A DNA stretch of 34,929 bases, from the IMG/VR virus record IMGVR_UViG_3300038379_000955, positions 1-34,929 of that record. One strand, given 5' to 3'. This DNA comes from a virus. Its lineage: Duplodnaviria > Caudoviricetes. Shown here piece after piece: positions 1 through 9,186 of this stretch. Positions within the stretch are counted from its first letter, which is position 1. The number at the start of each line of letters is the position of its first letter. A program made the translations under genes and the position numbers. Below the pieces are notes generated by a model. The model did not search any database and was not told where the DNA came from. It saw only the letters and a list, made by a program, of their open reading frames with translations.

Positions 1-1091
1 CCCTAATTTTGGCGGGAACGGCCCCCGCCGGCCTGCGCGTGGCGGGGGAACTGATCCTGGAAGGGATCGAGGCCCCGATAGCTTTCCCGCCTGACTTCCA
101 GGCGGAAGTCATCGAGGTGACGGGCTGCCCGAACTTTGTCGGCTTCCCGCCCGACTTGCGGGCGCAGCACGTGACGGTGCGCTTTTGCCCGAACTTTGTC
201 GGCTTCCCGCCCGGCTTCCAGGCGCACATCATGGCCGTGAATGGCTGCGCGGCCTTTGTCGGCTTCGCGCCGGGCGGCCAGGCGGACGAAGTGTGGGTGG
301 AAAATTGCCCGCGGTTTGCGGGCTTCCCGCCTGACTTCCAGGCGGAAGATTATTGGGTGGGGGGCTGCCCCTTGTTCGCGGGCTTCCCGCCGGGCTGCCG
401 GGCGCACACCGTGTGGGTGGAAAATTGCCCGCTCTTTGCGGCTTTCCCGCCTGACTTCCAGGCGGATCATTATTGGATGGAAAATTGCCCGCTGTTCGCG
501 GCTTTCCCGCCCGGCTTGCGGGCGCAGCGCGTGACGGTGCGATTTTGCCCGCTGTTCGCGGGCTTCCCGCCTGACTTCCAGGCGGGCGCCATTCAAATAA
601 CAGCCTGCCCGAACTTTGCGGGCTTCCCGCCGGACGGCCAGGCGGACGAAGTGCGGGTGACGGGCTGCCCGAACTTTAATTTCCGCAGCCTGCCGCGCGG
701 CGGCGAGTTCTTCTGGAATGAGGTGCGGGTTGAGGACGCCGTGCTGAGCGGCCTGGCCCAGCCCGCCACCCTCACCGCCCAGGCGATTTTGCACGAGCGC
801 AACGTGGAAATCCGCCGCGTGATGCTGGAGCGCATGGGCTACGCCCGCTTTATCCGCGAATCCCAGGCGGCCACGCTGGATCAGGATAGCGACGCGGGCG
901 GGGTGCGGCGGCTGCTGAAGATCGCTTTCCCCAATGATGAGGATTTGGTGGTGGTCACCTACCACTGCCCCAGCACCGGGCGGCAGTATGTGACCCGCGT
1001 CCCACCGACCACCCGCACCTGTCATCAGGCGCTGGCCTGGATCGCGGGCTTTGACGACCCCCATCATTATAAGTTGGTCGCGGAGAGTTAA
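1..1091 (+). CDS. Variable LRR-like repeat protein with DUF6745-like C-terminus, copy A (10 repeats; 5' 25 nt missing from window)
   Basis: Position 1 corresponds to 32206/33535 of the paralogs, so the true start (MIDA.QAKALIL) is outside the window; 20-aa FxAxxVxVxxCPxFxxFPP repeats; C-terminal ERNVEIRRVMLERMG...CPSTGRQY..RVPP...ALAW motif. Confidence 0.85.
   Translation, partial: LILAGTAPAGLRVAGELILEGIEAPIAFPPDFQAEVIEVTGCPNFVGFPPDLRAQHVTVRFCPNFVGFPPGFQAHIMAVNGCAAFVGFAPGGQADEVWVENCPRFAGFPPDFQAEDYWVGGCPLFAGFPPGCRAHTVWVENCPLFAAFPPDFQADHYWMENCPLFAAFPPGLRAQRVTVRFCPLFAGFPPDFQAGAIQITACPNFAGFPPDGQADEVRVTGCPNFNFRSLPRGGEFFWNEVRVEDAVLSGLAQPATLTAQAILHERNVEIRRVMLERMGYARFIRESQAATLDQDSDAGGVRRLLKIAFPNDEDLVVVTYHCPSTGRQYVTRVPPTTRTCHQALAWIAGFDDPHHYKLVAES
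96..695 (+). repeat. Coding tandem array, 10 x 60 bp
   Basis: Exact 60-nt periodicity visible line to line (tgcccg...ttcccgcc...ggcg). Confidence 0.95.
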
Positions 1092-1094
1092 GAT

Positions 1095-2015
1095 ATGCGG
1101 GAGAAGCCCCCGCTGAGTTTGGCGGAGGCGGCCCAGAGGGCCGGTCTCCGCCCCCAAAAACAGCGGGAACATGTGCGCTGCCCCAATCAACGTCATCCCC
1201 AAACAGGGCAGACGCCGCCCTGTAGCATGGACTATGCCAAAGGCCTGTGGCATTGTTTTGGGTGCGGGGCGGGGGGGGATGCCTTTGATTTTTTGGGCTA
1301 CGCTTTGTTCCTTGAGTATGATCGACACACGCATTTTGGCCGGCTACTGGATATGCTGGCTGGATTGCAGGTGCGCCCCCTGGCAGCGCCCGAATTGCAG
1401 GCGCTGCCCAAACAACCCGCGTTTACGCTGGAGGCCCGGCGGTTGGAGGCCTGGGAGCAGCGGTTGTTCGCCCGGCCTGATTTGCTGGAGTGGCTGGCCG
1501 CACGCGGGATTGACGCCGCTGCCGCCCGGCACTGGCGGCTGGGCGCAACCGACATGGGCCAGATTGCCATCCCACATTTTTATCGGGGGGTGGTGGTCGC
1601 CGTGAAGTTGCGACGCCACCCTGAAAGCACCGCCGGCCCGAAATATGTGTCGGTGAAGGGCTCCAGTTACAGCGTGCCGTTTAATGCGGATATGCTGCAA
1701 CTGGCGCAGCCGCAAGTGGCCATCTTGGAGACGGAACTGGACGCTATCGCCTGTCAAACGCTGACGGGCATCCCCAGCGTGTCTTTGCCTGCGGGCCAGT
1801 TTAAGGCGGAATTGGCCGCTCGTTTTCTGCTATGCAAAAAAATAATAGCGATTCTCGACAATGACGCGGCGGGGATCACCAACGGCAGCAAAATCAAAAG
1901 CCTGCTGCGGCGCGCGACTTTTCGGCTGCCTCCCAGCGGAAAAGATTTGGGGGACTGGATCAGAGAGCATCCCGGCCAACCGTTGGATTGGATTATAAAA
2001 GGGGGCCATACATGA
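1095..2015 (+). CDS. DNA primase (CHC2 zinc finger + TOPRIM)
   Basis: CP..H...WHCFGCGAGGD zinc finger; ILETELDAI and DNDAAG TOPRIM motifs; KDLGDW. Confidence 0.85.
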   Translation: MREKPPLSLAEAAQRAGLRPQKQREHVRCPNQRHPQTGQTPPCSMDYAKGLWHCFGCGAGGDAFDFLGYALFLEYDRHTHFGRLLDMLAGLQVRPLAAPELQALPKQPAFTLEARRLEAWEQRLFARPDLLEWLAARGIDAAAARHWRLGATDMGQIAIPHFYRGVVVAVKLRRHPESTAGPKYVSVKGSSYSVPFNADMLQLAQPQVAILETELDAIACQTLTGIPSVSLPAGQFKAELAARFLLCKKIIAILDNDAAGITNGSKIKSLLRRATFRLPPSGKDLGDWIREHPGQPLDWIIKGGHT

Positions 2016-3400
2016 ATATCGCGGAGGCGCTGGCCATGAGCGCCAACTTAATTATGAATATCGTCACCGGCAACCTGCCGGTGACTGATCTCATCGGCTA
2101 CTTCAACAATAGCAGCGAATGTTGGCGTTATTTCCCGGATGCCGATCAGTCGCTCGTGAAGTGGCTGATCGAAAATCAGGGGCTGGGGGATATGATCAAA
2201 ATGGCGGCGGCAGTGGGCGATGAGGGCATGCAGCGGCTGGAAACGATCAACGCGTCGGTGCTAGCCGTTACCAGCGAGCCGCATATCCTGATCGATCACG
2301 CGGCGCGGCTGGAAGCGGACTGGACACGGCAGCAGGGCTTGGCCACGTTACGCCGTTTTGCGCTGCGGCTGAACGATCCTCAAGAGGACGTGCAGGCGGG
2401 GAAAATACTGGCTGAGTGCAGTCAGAGCTTAATGCAGGTGGCGCAGGGCCTACCGCGCGATGTCCTGGAGCCCGCTGATCTGCTGCACGCGGCCATGCAG
2501 ACTTTAGATCAGCGTATCTTTGATCATTCGATGGCCGTGTCGCTGCCCGTCAAGCTGCGTCCGGGCGAATTATGTGTGGTTGGAGGCTTGGCCGGCGGCG
2601 GGAAAACGGCATTGGCCTCGCAGTTGGCGTTTGAGATTGCCCAAAAAGGCCAACGCGTTTTTTTTGTGGAGACGGAGATGAACGTGGGGAATATGCTGCT
2701 GCGGGAAGCTTATCGGCAAAATCGTTTGCCGAATGGCACTTTTGACGCGTACCGCGCAGCGCTGGGCGGCTCAGAGACTTTGGCGCAAAAACGCGCCGCC
2801 ATGCAGCACGATGGGCGTTATCAGGCGCTGGCCCGAACCTTAGAACGCCTGAGCCAACTCCCCATCGTCTATCGCTGCAACAAAATTGGCGAAACGGCGG
2901 ATCAGATTCGCACGGCAGCCCGGCGCGCTGAGCAGGATGGGGGGCCACTGTCGCTGATCGTGATCGATCACATCAAGCACATGGGTACTCGCGAAAAAGC
3001 CGAGGAAGCAAACCGCGTCAAGCAAGCCTATCAGGAAGTTCTGAAGTTGAAAGAGGCTTTCCCCAGCGCCTGTATTATCGTGCTGCAACATTTGAATACG
3101 AATATCTTTCGTCGCGTGGGCGCGGCGCTCGCCCCTGGACAAGGGGATCTGGAGTACGGGGGGGCGGGGGCGTTTGATGTGGGCTATATCATTATGCGCC
3201 CCATCCAGCACGCTGCCCAGCTGAATATCGACTTGTCGAGCCTCAAACAAAAGGCTGAGGAATATGAGGAATTGCGCCGTAAAGGCTTTCTGTTTACGGT
3301 GAAGGATCGCAACGGCCCCGGCGAAGGTGCCGTTCCATTGCGTTTTTTTGGCGAATATTATCATTGGGAAGTAAAGGACTGGAAACATGGCGATCATTAA
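2012..3400 (+). CDS. DnaB-like replicative helicase
   Basis: Walker A GLAGGGKT, ETEM, LIVIDHI Walker B, QHLN, KDRNG; ATG at 2012 overlaps primase stop (ATGA). Confidence 0.85.
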   Translation: MNIAEALAMSANLIMNIVTGNLPVTDLIGYFNNSSECWRYFPDADQSLVKWLIENQGLGDMIKMAAAVGDEGMQRLETINASVLAVTSEPHILIDHAARLEADWTRQQGLATLRRFALRLNDPQEDVQAGKILAECSQSLMQVAQGLPRDVLEPADLLHAAMQTLDQRIFDHSMAVSLPVKLRPGELCVVGGLAGGGKTALASQLAFEIAQKGQRVFFVETEMNVGNMLLREAYRQNRLPNGTFDAYRAALGGSETLAQKRAAMQHDGRYQALARTLERLSQLPIVYRCNKIGETADQIRTAARRAEQDGGPLSLIVIDHIKHMGTREKAEEANRVKQAYQEVLKLKEAFPSACIIVLQHLNTNIFRRVGAALAPGQGDLEYGGAGAFDVGYIIMRPIQHAAQLNIDLSSLKQKAEEYEELRRKGFLFTVKDRNGPGEGAVPLRFFGEYYHWEVKDWKHGDH

Positions 3401-3635
3401 AAAGGTTGGCGTTTTAGCGCCAAAAGCCGCCGCACGTAATCATATTTTGAGTGTGAATGTCACCCGGGAGCAGTTGGACGCGCTTAAGCGATTTGCTCAC
3501 GCCCAGGGCTTTGCCAGTGTGGGCAGATGGCTCAAGGCATTCCTGGAGGAAGAAATACCCGATTTTCCGCCGTCAGCGACGTGGGGTGGGCGGCGGATCA
3601 AAAACACAAAAATAAAGGAAGTGGAACATGGATGA
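3387..3635 (+). CDS. Small DNA-binding protein, ribbon-helix-helix-like
   Basis: LSVNVT strand followed by two helices (EQLDALKRFA..QG..SVGRWLKAFL); coupled to helicase. Confidence 0.5.
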   Translation: MAIIKKVGVLAPKAAARNHILSVNVTREQLDALKRFAHAQGFASVGRWLKAFLEEEIPDFPPSATWGGRRIKNTKIKEVEHG

Positions 3636-3837
3636 TTTATGGGATGCTTACTTGCTGTACATCGATTCGGACCGGCTTTATTATTGGTCGGCGGTGAAAA
3701 ATTGGGCGGCGGCTGACGGCCGCCGCTTTGGCCAACAGCTCGCCGCGTTGGGACTGCAACCCGATCAGGTTTTGTGGCGTTTCGATGACCACGGCCTGTA
3801 CTTCGAACATGGCAATATCTACCCCCCAAACCCCTGA
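3628..3837 (+). CDS. Hypothetical protein
   Basis: Overlaps upstream stop, AAGGA upstream. Confidence 0.5.
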   Translation: MDDLWDAYLLYIDSDRLYYWSAVKNWAAADGRRFGQQLAALGLQPDQVLWRFDDHGLYFEHGNIYPPNP

Positions 3838-3843
3838 ATATCC

Positions 3844-3876
3844 CTTGAAGTTGTCAACTCAGTTGACAACTTCAAG
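3844..3876. promoter_or_regulatory. Perfect palindrome, 16-bp arms (putative operator)
   Basis: CTTGAAGTTGTCAACT-C-AGTTGACAACTTCAAG, 6 bp upstream of a -35 box. Confidence 0.7.
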
Positions 3877-3882
3877 ACCGCT

Positions 3883-3911
3883 TTGACACGGCGGCTTTTT
3901 TGATTTATACT
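3883..3911 (+). promoter_or_regulatory. Sigma70-type promoter
   Basis: TTGACA(3883)-17 bp-TATACT(3906). Confidence 0.75.
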
Positions 3912-3995
3912 GATGATAGCAACCTTGCGAGGCTTGCCAATTCAGCCTTTTTTTGAATTGGATTTAACGTTCCTGTTTTCCTGAATGATTTTAGA

Positions 3996-4373
3996 ATGAT
4001 TTTAGAAGAACTCACTGCTTTTGACGCAGCGCGCGCCGTTTGCGACGCCATACAGGGGACGCTGACGATTCGTCGCCCGATTGAGGACGACGCGGCGGCT
4101 TATTTTCGCTATCGGCAATGGCAGCGGACTAACTGGACCAGCAAACCTGAGAAGGGGCTGCTGCGGGCGGACTGTGCCTTGGAACGTTTCTGGCAAGGCG
4201 TGGAACAGATCCACAGCCTGCTGGAACCTGACGGCTCGTTTTACTGCGCGGTGTCGCGTAAATTTTTCAAAAAGCCGCGCACCATCCTGGCGGCGTTACA
4301 TGCTCAGCATTTGATTCATTTATCCAAAAATCAGGTGATCGAGGCGATGCGGCGGAGGATAGCGCATGAGTGA
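3996..4373 (+). CDS. Hypothetical protein
   Basis: 125-aa ORF downstream of promoter, in operon orientation. Confidence 0.6.
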   Translation: MILEELTAFDAARAVCDAIQGTLTIRRPIEDDAAAYFRYRQWQRTNWTSKPEKGLLRADCALERFWQGVEQIHSLLEPDGSFYCAVSRKFFKKPRTILAALHAQHLIHLSKNQVIEAMRRRIAHE

Positions 4374-4548
4374 CCTGGAAATTAAACGTGCCAAACTCGG
4401 CAGTTTAAAGCCGCTGCAACGTAACCCAAACCGGATTCCAGGTCATGTTCGTCCAAGTGATTATCGTTTCGTTCATTTTTTTTCCTTATCAACTTTTTAC
4501 TTGATTATAGCACATTATACTATCTATGCACAATTTTTATGTATATGA
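4366..4548 (+). pseudogene. Possible truncated ParB-N-like remnant
   Basis: N-terminus EIKRAKLGSLKPLQRNPNR resembles starts of phage ParB-like proteins found before terS; remainder is AT-rich and noncoding-like. Confidence 0.3.
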
Positions 4549-4958
4549 GTGATTTGAAGATGAGCGATAGTAACGAGAAGCGCACCAATCGCGGCAGAAA
4601 AGGCAAATATACGCCCGATGTGATCAAGCGGATTGTGGACGCGGTGCGCCTGGGCTGCCCCTATAAACTCGCGGCCCAGTATGGCGGGATTAGCCACGAG
4701 ACTTTTTATGATTGGATTAAAAACAAGAGTGATTTTTCTGATCAGATAAAAAACGCGGAAGCTGAAGCCGTGATGACGCGGATCGCCAACATCCGTCTGG
4801 CGGCCAAAAATGGCGCATGGCAGGCCGACGCCTGGCTGTTGGAACGCCGTCATCCGGAGGAGTTTGGCCGACATATTCAGGAACTGCGCGGCGATACCGT
4901 CTTTAAGTTAGTCGTCGAGCAGATACCCAGCCGGGCTGATGATGGAAATCAAACGTAA
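4539..4958 (+). CDS. terS: Terminase small subunit
   Basis: HTH (AAQYGGISHETFYDW), WQA.AWLLERR.P..FG motif, directly upstream of terL. Confidence 0.75.
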   Translation: MYMSDLKMSDSNEKRTNRGRKGKYTPDVIKRIVDAVRLGCPYKLAAQYGGISHETFYDWIKNKSDFSDQIKNAEAEAVMTRIANIRLAAKNGAWQADAWLLERRHPEEFGRHIQELRGDTVFKLVVEQIPSRADDGNQT

Positions 4959-6186
4959 GTTTTATGGCGCACAATATCAATTTGTGACGGCGGACGAACG
5001 CTTTTTGCTTTTGCATGGCGGGGTTGGCAGTGGCAAGAGCCAAGCCGGTGCAGGCCGGGCTTTGCTGGCAGCGTTGGGGCGGCTGGGCAGCCAAGACATC
5101 CTGGCGCCCAATGTGGGCGTCATCACTGCCCCGACTTACAACATGCTGCGGGACGCTACCCTGAGAACTTTTTTAGAGGTTGCGGGAGAGTTGGTGGAGC
5201 GCGTCAGCAAAAGCCCGCCGATCAACATCGTTCTAAAAAATGGGAGCGAAATCCTGTTGCGATCTGCGGATCAACCCGATAATCTACGCGGGCCTTCCAT
5301 CAGTTGGTGGTGGGGGGATGAAGCGAGTTACTGCGCTCACGATACCTGGCGCGTGATGATTGGCCGCTTGCGCCAGTATGGTCGGGCGGGGAGCGCCTGG
5401 ATCACCACTACGCCCAAAGGCAAAAATTGGCTGTGGCAAATTTTTGTACGCGACCATGCCCAGCATGCTGATTATCGATCCTTCCGCCTGGCCACGCTTG
5501 AAAATCCGTTTATTGAGATGGAGTTTTATCACAGCCTTGCCAACGCTTACGTGAGCGATTTTGCCCGCCAGGAATTAGAAGGCGAGTTTGTGAGCTTTGA
5601 AGGGCTGATCTATCCAGAGTTTGATCGTCACAAACACCTGGCGCACGTTGCGCCTTTTACGCCGACCTACACCGTAGCGGGGGTAGACTGGGGCTTCGCC
5701 AACCCCGGCTGCATTGTCGTCGTCGAAGTTGGGGGCGGGGATATGCCCGCGCATGTCGCCCATGAAGAGCACACGCGGCGGCGTCTGATTGAGGATTGGG
5801 TACGGGTAGCGGTGCAACTACGCGATGCCTATAAAATCCATACCTTTTTCTGCGACCCATCGGAACCCGACTATATTCGGCTGTTCCAGGCGGCGGGGTT
5901 GAAGGCGCAGCCCGCCAACCATACCGTCAATACAGGCATTCAGCTGGTACGGGCGCGGTTGGTGCGGCGTGTGGGATCGAACCCGGCGCTGACGTTCAAT
6001 CCAAACTGCGTGCATATCCTGAGCGAATTTGAGCAATATTGTTGGATGGACAACAGCACCGGCCTGAAGGAGCAGCCCATAAAAGCCAACGATCACGGCC
6101 TGGATGCACTGCGTTATGCGGTGATCGGGATTGATCACCAGGATACGCATTTGGAAATTAGCCGTGAAAATCCGTTTTATAACTGA
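4939..6186 (+). CDS. terL: Terminase large subunit
   Basis: GGVGSGKS Walker A, APTY, LRG, DEA Walker B, TTTPKG, GVDWG and DHGLDALRY nuclease motifs. Confidence 0.95.
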   Translation: MMEIKRKFYGAQYQFVTADERFLLLHGGVGSGKSQAGAGRALLAALGRLGSQDILAPNVGVITAPTYNMLRDATLRTFLEVAGELVERVSKSPPINIVLKNGSEILLRSADQPDNLRGPSISWWWGDEASYCAHDTWRVMIGRLRQYGRAGSAWITTTPKGKNWLWQIFVRDHAQHADYRSFRLATLENPFIEMEFYHSLANAYVSDFARQELEGEFVSFEGLIYPEFDRHKHLAHVAPFTPTYTVAGVDWGFANPGCIVVVEVGGGDMPAHVAHEEHTRRRLIEDWVRVAVQLRDAYKIHTFFCDPSEPDYIRLFQAAGLKAQPANHTVNTGIQLVRARLVRRVGSNPALTFNPNCVHILSEFEQYCWMDNSTGLKEQPIKANDHGLDALRYAVIGIDHQDTHLEISRENPFYN

Positions 6187-6195
6187 GGAAATTTA

Positions 6196-7521
6196 ATGCC
6201 AGCAGCAGTTCATTATGCCGACACGTGGAGTCCTGATTATCGGGAACAGCGGCAGCGGGCGGAACAGGAATGGAGAGCACGCCGCGCCATAAGCGCCACT
6301 AACTGGAACTCCTACAACGGCCAGCACAAAAAGTTCTTAAAAACCACCAAAGATGGGCTGGACGACAATATGATCCTGAATTTGCTACGGCAGATTGTGG
6401 ATCGGCGGGTGGCGTTTTTGTTTCCTGAACTGCCGATTTTGATATTGGATGAGGGCGATGCCAACAGTCCCGACGAAACCTGGCTAAATCATTTCTGGGG
6501 GGAAATGGGCGGGGCTACGCTGCTGGCGAATATGGCGCTTAACGGCGCGGTGGATGGGCAAGTTTATGTTCGCGTTGTTCCCGGCAATCCGCCTAAAATT
6601 TTGAATATCAGTTCCGCCAATGTGATCGTTTGGTGGGAAGCCGACAATTATCAGAATATTTTATGGTACGAGATGCAATGGGCTGATGGGAACGGAAAAT
6701 ACCGACAGGACATCGTCAAAGACAACCTGAATTGGCTGATCCGCGATTTTAAGATGGATGGCGGTGATTGGCGGCTGCTGCAAGAGGAGCAATGGCGGTT
6801 TACGTTTGCGCCGATCGTGACGTGGCAGCATCTACCCAATCCAATGGCGTTTTATGGTCGACACGAGTTTGAAAATGCGGCCTTGAATGACTCCTTTAAC
6901 TTTGTGGCCAGCAACATTAATCGGATTCTGCGCTTTCACGCCCATCCGCGTACCATCGTCACTGGTGCGAGTGCCAAGAGTTTGGAAGAAACTGCCGCCA
7001 ATCAACTGTGGTCGATTGCCAGCCCAGACGCCAAAGTGCATAATTTGGAGATGCAAGGCGATTTAGGATCGTCGATGAAGTTCCTTGAGTTCATTCGCGG
7101 CTTTATTTTCGATACGGCGGCGATTACAGTGATGCCCACTGACGTTAAGGCTTTTGGCGATGTCACTAATTTCGGTATCCGAGCAGCCTTTATGCCTATG
7201 CTGTCCGTCAACGAAATGCTGCGGCGTCAATATGGCAAAGCCATTGAAAGTATCAGCCAGGCCGTGCTAGCGCTGAGTGGCCGCGCCGTATGGCCGATTC
7301 GCTTAAGCTGGCCTGATCCGCTGCCGGTGGATGCTCACGCCGTCACCGAAATACTGAAACAGCAAATTGACGCTGGGCTAGTGAGCCAAGAAACTGCCAT
7401 GCAAGAATTGCGCCGCAATCCCGTGATTGAGCGTCAACGGATGATTGCCGAAACGGAGATCGCGGCTGAGCGTTTGGAACGCACGCTCATCCAACGCTCG
7501 TCGGAAGATACCGATGAGTAG
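6196..7521 (+). CDS. Portal protein (SPP1-like)
   Basis: 441 aa directly after terL; W.DPLP and GLVSQETAM C-terminal pattern. Confidence 0.85.
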   Translation: MPAAVHYADTWSPDYREQRQRAEQEWRARRAISATNWNSYNGQHKKFLKTTKDGLDDNMILNLLRQIVDRRVAFLFPELPILILDEGDANSPDETWLNHFWGEMGGATLLANMALNGAVDGQVYVRVVPGNPPKILNISSANVIVWWEADNYQNILWYEMQWADGNGKYRQDIVKDNLNWLIRDFKMDGGDWRLLQEEQWRFTFAPIVTWQHLPNPMAFYGRHEFENAALNDSFNFVASNINRILRFHAHPRTIVTGASAKSLEETAANQLWSIASPDAKVHNLEMQGDLGSSMKFLEFIRGFIFDTAAITVMPTDVKAFGDVTNFGIRAAFMPMLSVNEMLRRQYGKAIESISQAVLALSGRAVWPIRLSWPDPLPVDAHAVTEILKQQIDAGLVSQETAMQELRRNPVIERQRMIAETEIAAERLERTLIQRSSEDTDE

Positions 7522-8548
7522 TGGATTGCCGCCGTTTGCTGAGGCACTGCGTGCGCAAGGCCAGCGCCATTTCCGCAGGAATTTGGCCGCCCAGGATTGG
7601 GCGACCACCCGACGATTATTGTACAGTTATCAATCCGTGCTGCGTCATTTGGATCAACGGCTAGCGGATGTGCAAAGCGCGGCGCAAACCACGAAAAGTA
7701 CGCTGGCCTTAGCCGAAACTCGTCAAGTGCAAGCCTTACGAGCTGAGGTGAAGCGGGCCTTAGATGATTTCGCCAAAATCATTCAAGTCGAGGCGCGACA
7801 GATGGAGATTGACGGCGTGCGCCAGGCCAACGGCATTGCGGAGGTGCTGTTGCGGGGCGCGGGCATTCGCAGCCCATTGGCCATGCCTGGCGCGGACGAA
7901 ATTCGGGCGCTGGCGGGCTATGTGGATCATGCTGTTTTTCAAAAACGGCTGGCTCAATACGGGACGAAACATGCTGATCATATTGGGAATATCATCTTAA
8001 ATAACGCCAGTCTGGGTAAAGGGCCGCTGGCTACGGCCAATCATATCGTGCAATACTTCACCAACATGCAAGGCGGGGAAGCTATGCCGCTAGCGGATGC
8101 TTTGCGAATGACGCGCACCGTGCAAATTTACAGCGCTCGGCGCGGGACGCAAGCGATCTATCTGCGTAATGCTGATTTGCTAGATGGATGGATTTGGGGC
8201 AGCGCGTTGGATCAGCGCGTTTGTATCAGCTGCGTCGTGCAGCACGGCAGCGCCCACCCCCTGACCGAAATACTGAACGACCACTACAATGGCCGGTGTG
8301 CGATGCTGCCGCAACTGCGTCGTCAGCCGCTGCCGCTGGAATCGGGATTGAGCTGGTTTCAGGATCAATCGGCCGCCACCCAACAAAAAATTTTAGGCCA
8401 GGCCAGCTATGCCGCTTGGCGCGATGGGGCGCTCCGACTTGAGCAAATGAGTGTCAGCGATGATGATGATTTATATGGCCCAATGCGGCATGCTCCCAGC
8501 TTGCGACAAGTTTTGGGCCACGCCGCCGCCGCCTATTACACAAAATAA
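7514..8548 (+). CDS. Minor head morphogenesis protein (MuF/SPP1 gp7-like)
   Basis: W.SALD.RVC..C...HG...H.NGRC motif; after portal; ATG 7514 overlaps portal end. Confidence 0.85.
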   Translation: MSSGLPPFAEALRAQGQRHFRRNLAAQDWATTRRLLYSYQSVLRHLDQRLADVQSAAQTTKSTLALAETRQVQALRAEVKRALDDFAKIIQVEARQMEIDGVRQANGIAEVLLRGAGIRSPLAMPGADEIRALAGYVDHAVFQKRLAQYGTKHADHIGNIILNNASLGKGPLATANHIVQYFTNMQGGEAMPLADALRMTRTVQIYSARRGTQAIYLRNADLLDGWIWGSALDQRVCISCVVQHGSAHPLTEILNDHYNGRCAMLPQLRRQPLPLESGLSWFQDQSAATQQKILGQASYAAWRDGALRLEQMSVSDDDDLYGPMRHAPSLRQVLGHAAAAYYTK

Positions 8549-8565
8549 CATGTGGAGAGTGCAAG

Positions 8566-9183
8566 ATGTCATTGCAGGGAGTCTATTTTGAAAACGAAAA
8601 ACCCAGCGGCGGGGGGGCGGCAGCTTCCTCATCCACGCTGGCTCCAACGCCGGCTGTGCCAGATAAAGCTGGGTACGATGAGGAGTATGTTAAGGATTTG
8701 CGCAAGGAGGCGGCAGCCAACCGTACCTTGGCACAAGATATGCAAAAACTAACGCAAGCCTTGCTCGAAAAGCTGGCTGGCACCGAAGGCGGGGAACTCC
8801 CTAAAAAAGAAGTGATGAAAACTGCCAAAGGCCAAGAATTAAGCGAACAGCTGGCCCAGCAATTTGCCATCATGGAAAAACGATTTGCGGATTTTGAGGC
8901 AGCGGCCAAGCAGCGCGAATTAGAAGCGCTGCGGACGAAAATCGCGCTGCGCTATGGGTTGGATGATCCGTTGGCGGCGCGGTTGGTGGGGGCGTCGGCG
9001 GAGGAGTTGGAAGCAGACGCAAAAAAATTGGCAGGGGCGCTTCAACAACGCGGACGATCCGCGCTAGGCAACCCGGCGGGTGAGCCGCCATTGACCATCG
9101 AAACGCTGAAAGAGATGACGCCTGAGCAGATTAATCGAAACTGGCAGGCGGTAAGTGAAACACTAAAACACAGAAAAGGATAA
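8566..9183 (+). CDS. Capsid scaffolding protein
   Basis: Coiled coil, YVKDLRKEAA..R, RL.G...EELEADAKKL; precedes capsid gene. Confidence 0.8.
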   Translation: MSLQGVYFENEKPSGGGAAASSSTLAPTPAVPDKAGYDEEYVKDLRKEAAANRTLAQDMQKLTQALLEKLAGTEGGELPKKEVMKTAKGQELSEQLAQQFAIMEKRFADFEAAAKQRELEALRTKIALRYGLDDPLAARLVGASAEELEADAKKLAGALQQRGRSALGNPAGEPPLTIETLKEMTPEQINRNWQAVSETLKHRKG

Positions 9184-9186
9184 ACG

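Noticed and set aside
96-695. 60-bp periodic arrays as CRISPR arrays
   Set aside because: In-frame coding repeats, variable parts are reused rather than unique spacers, no cas genes
3844-3876. Protelomerase (telRL) site of a linear phage-plasmid
   Set aside because: No protelomerase gene recognised; the motif recurs elsewhere, more like an operator
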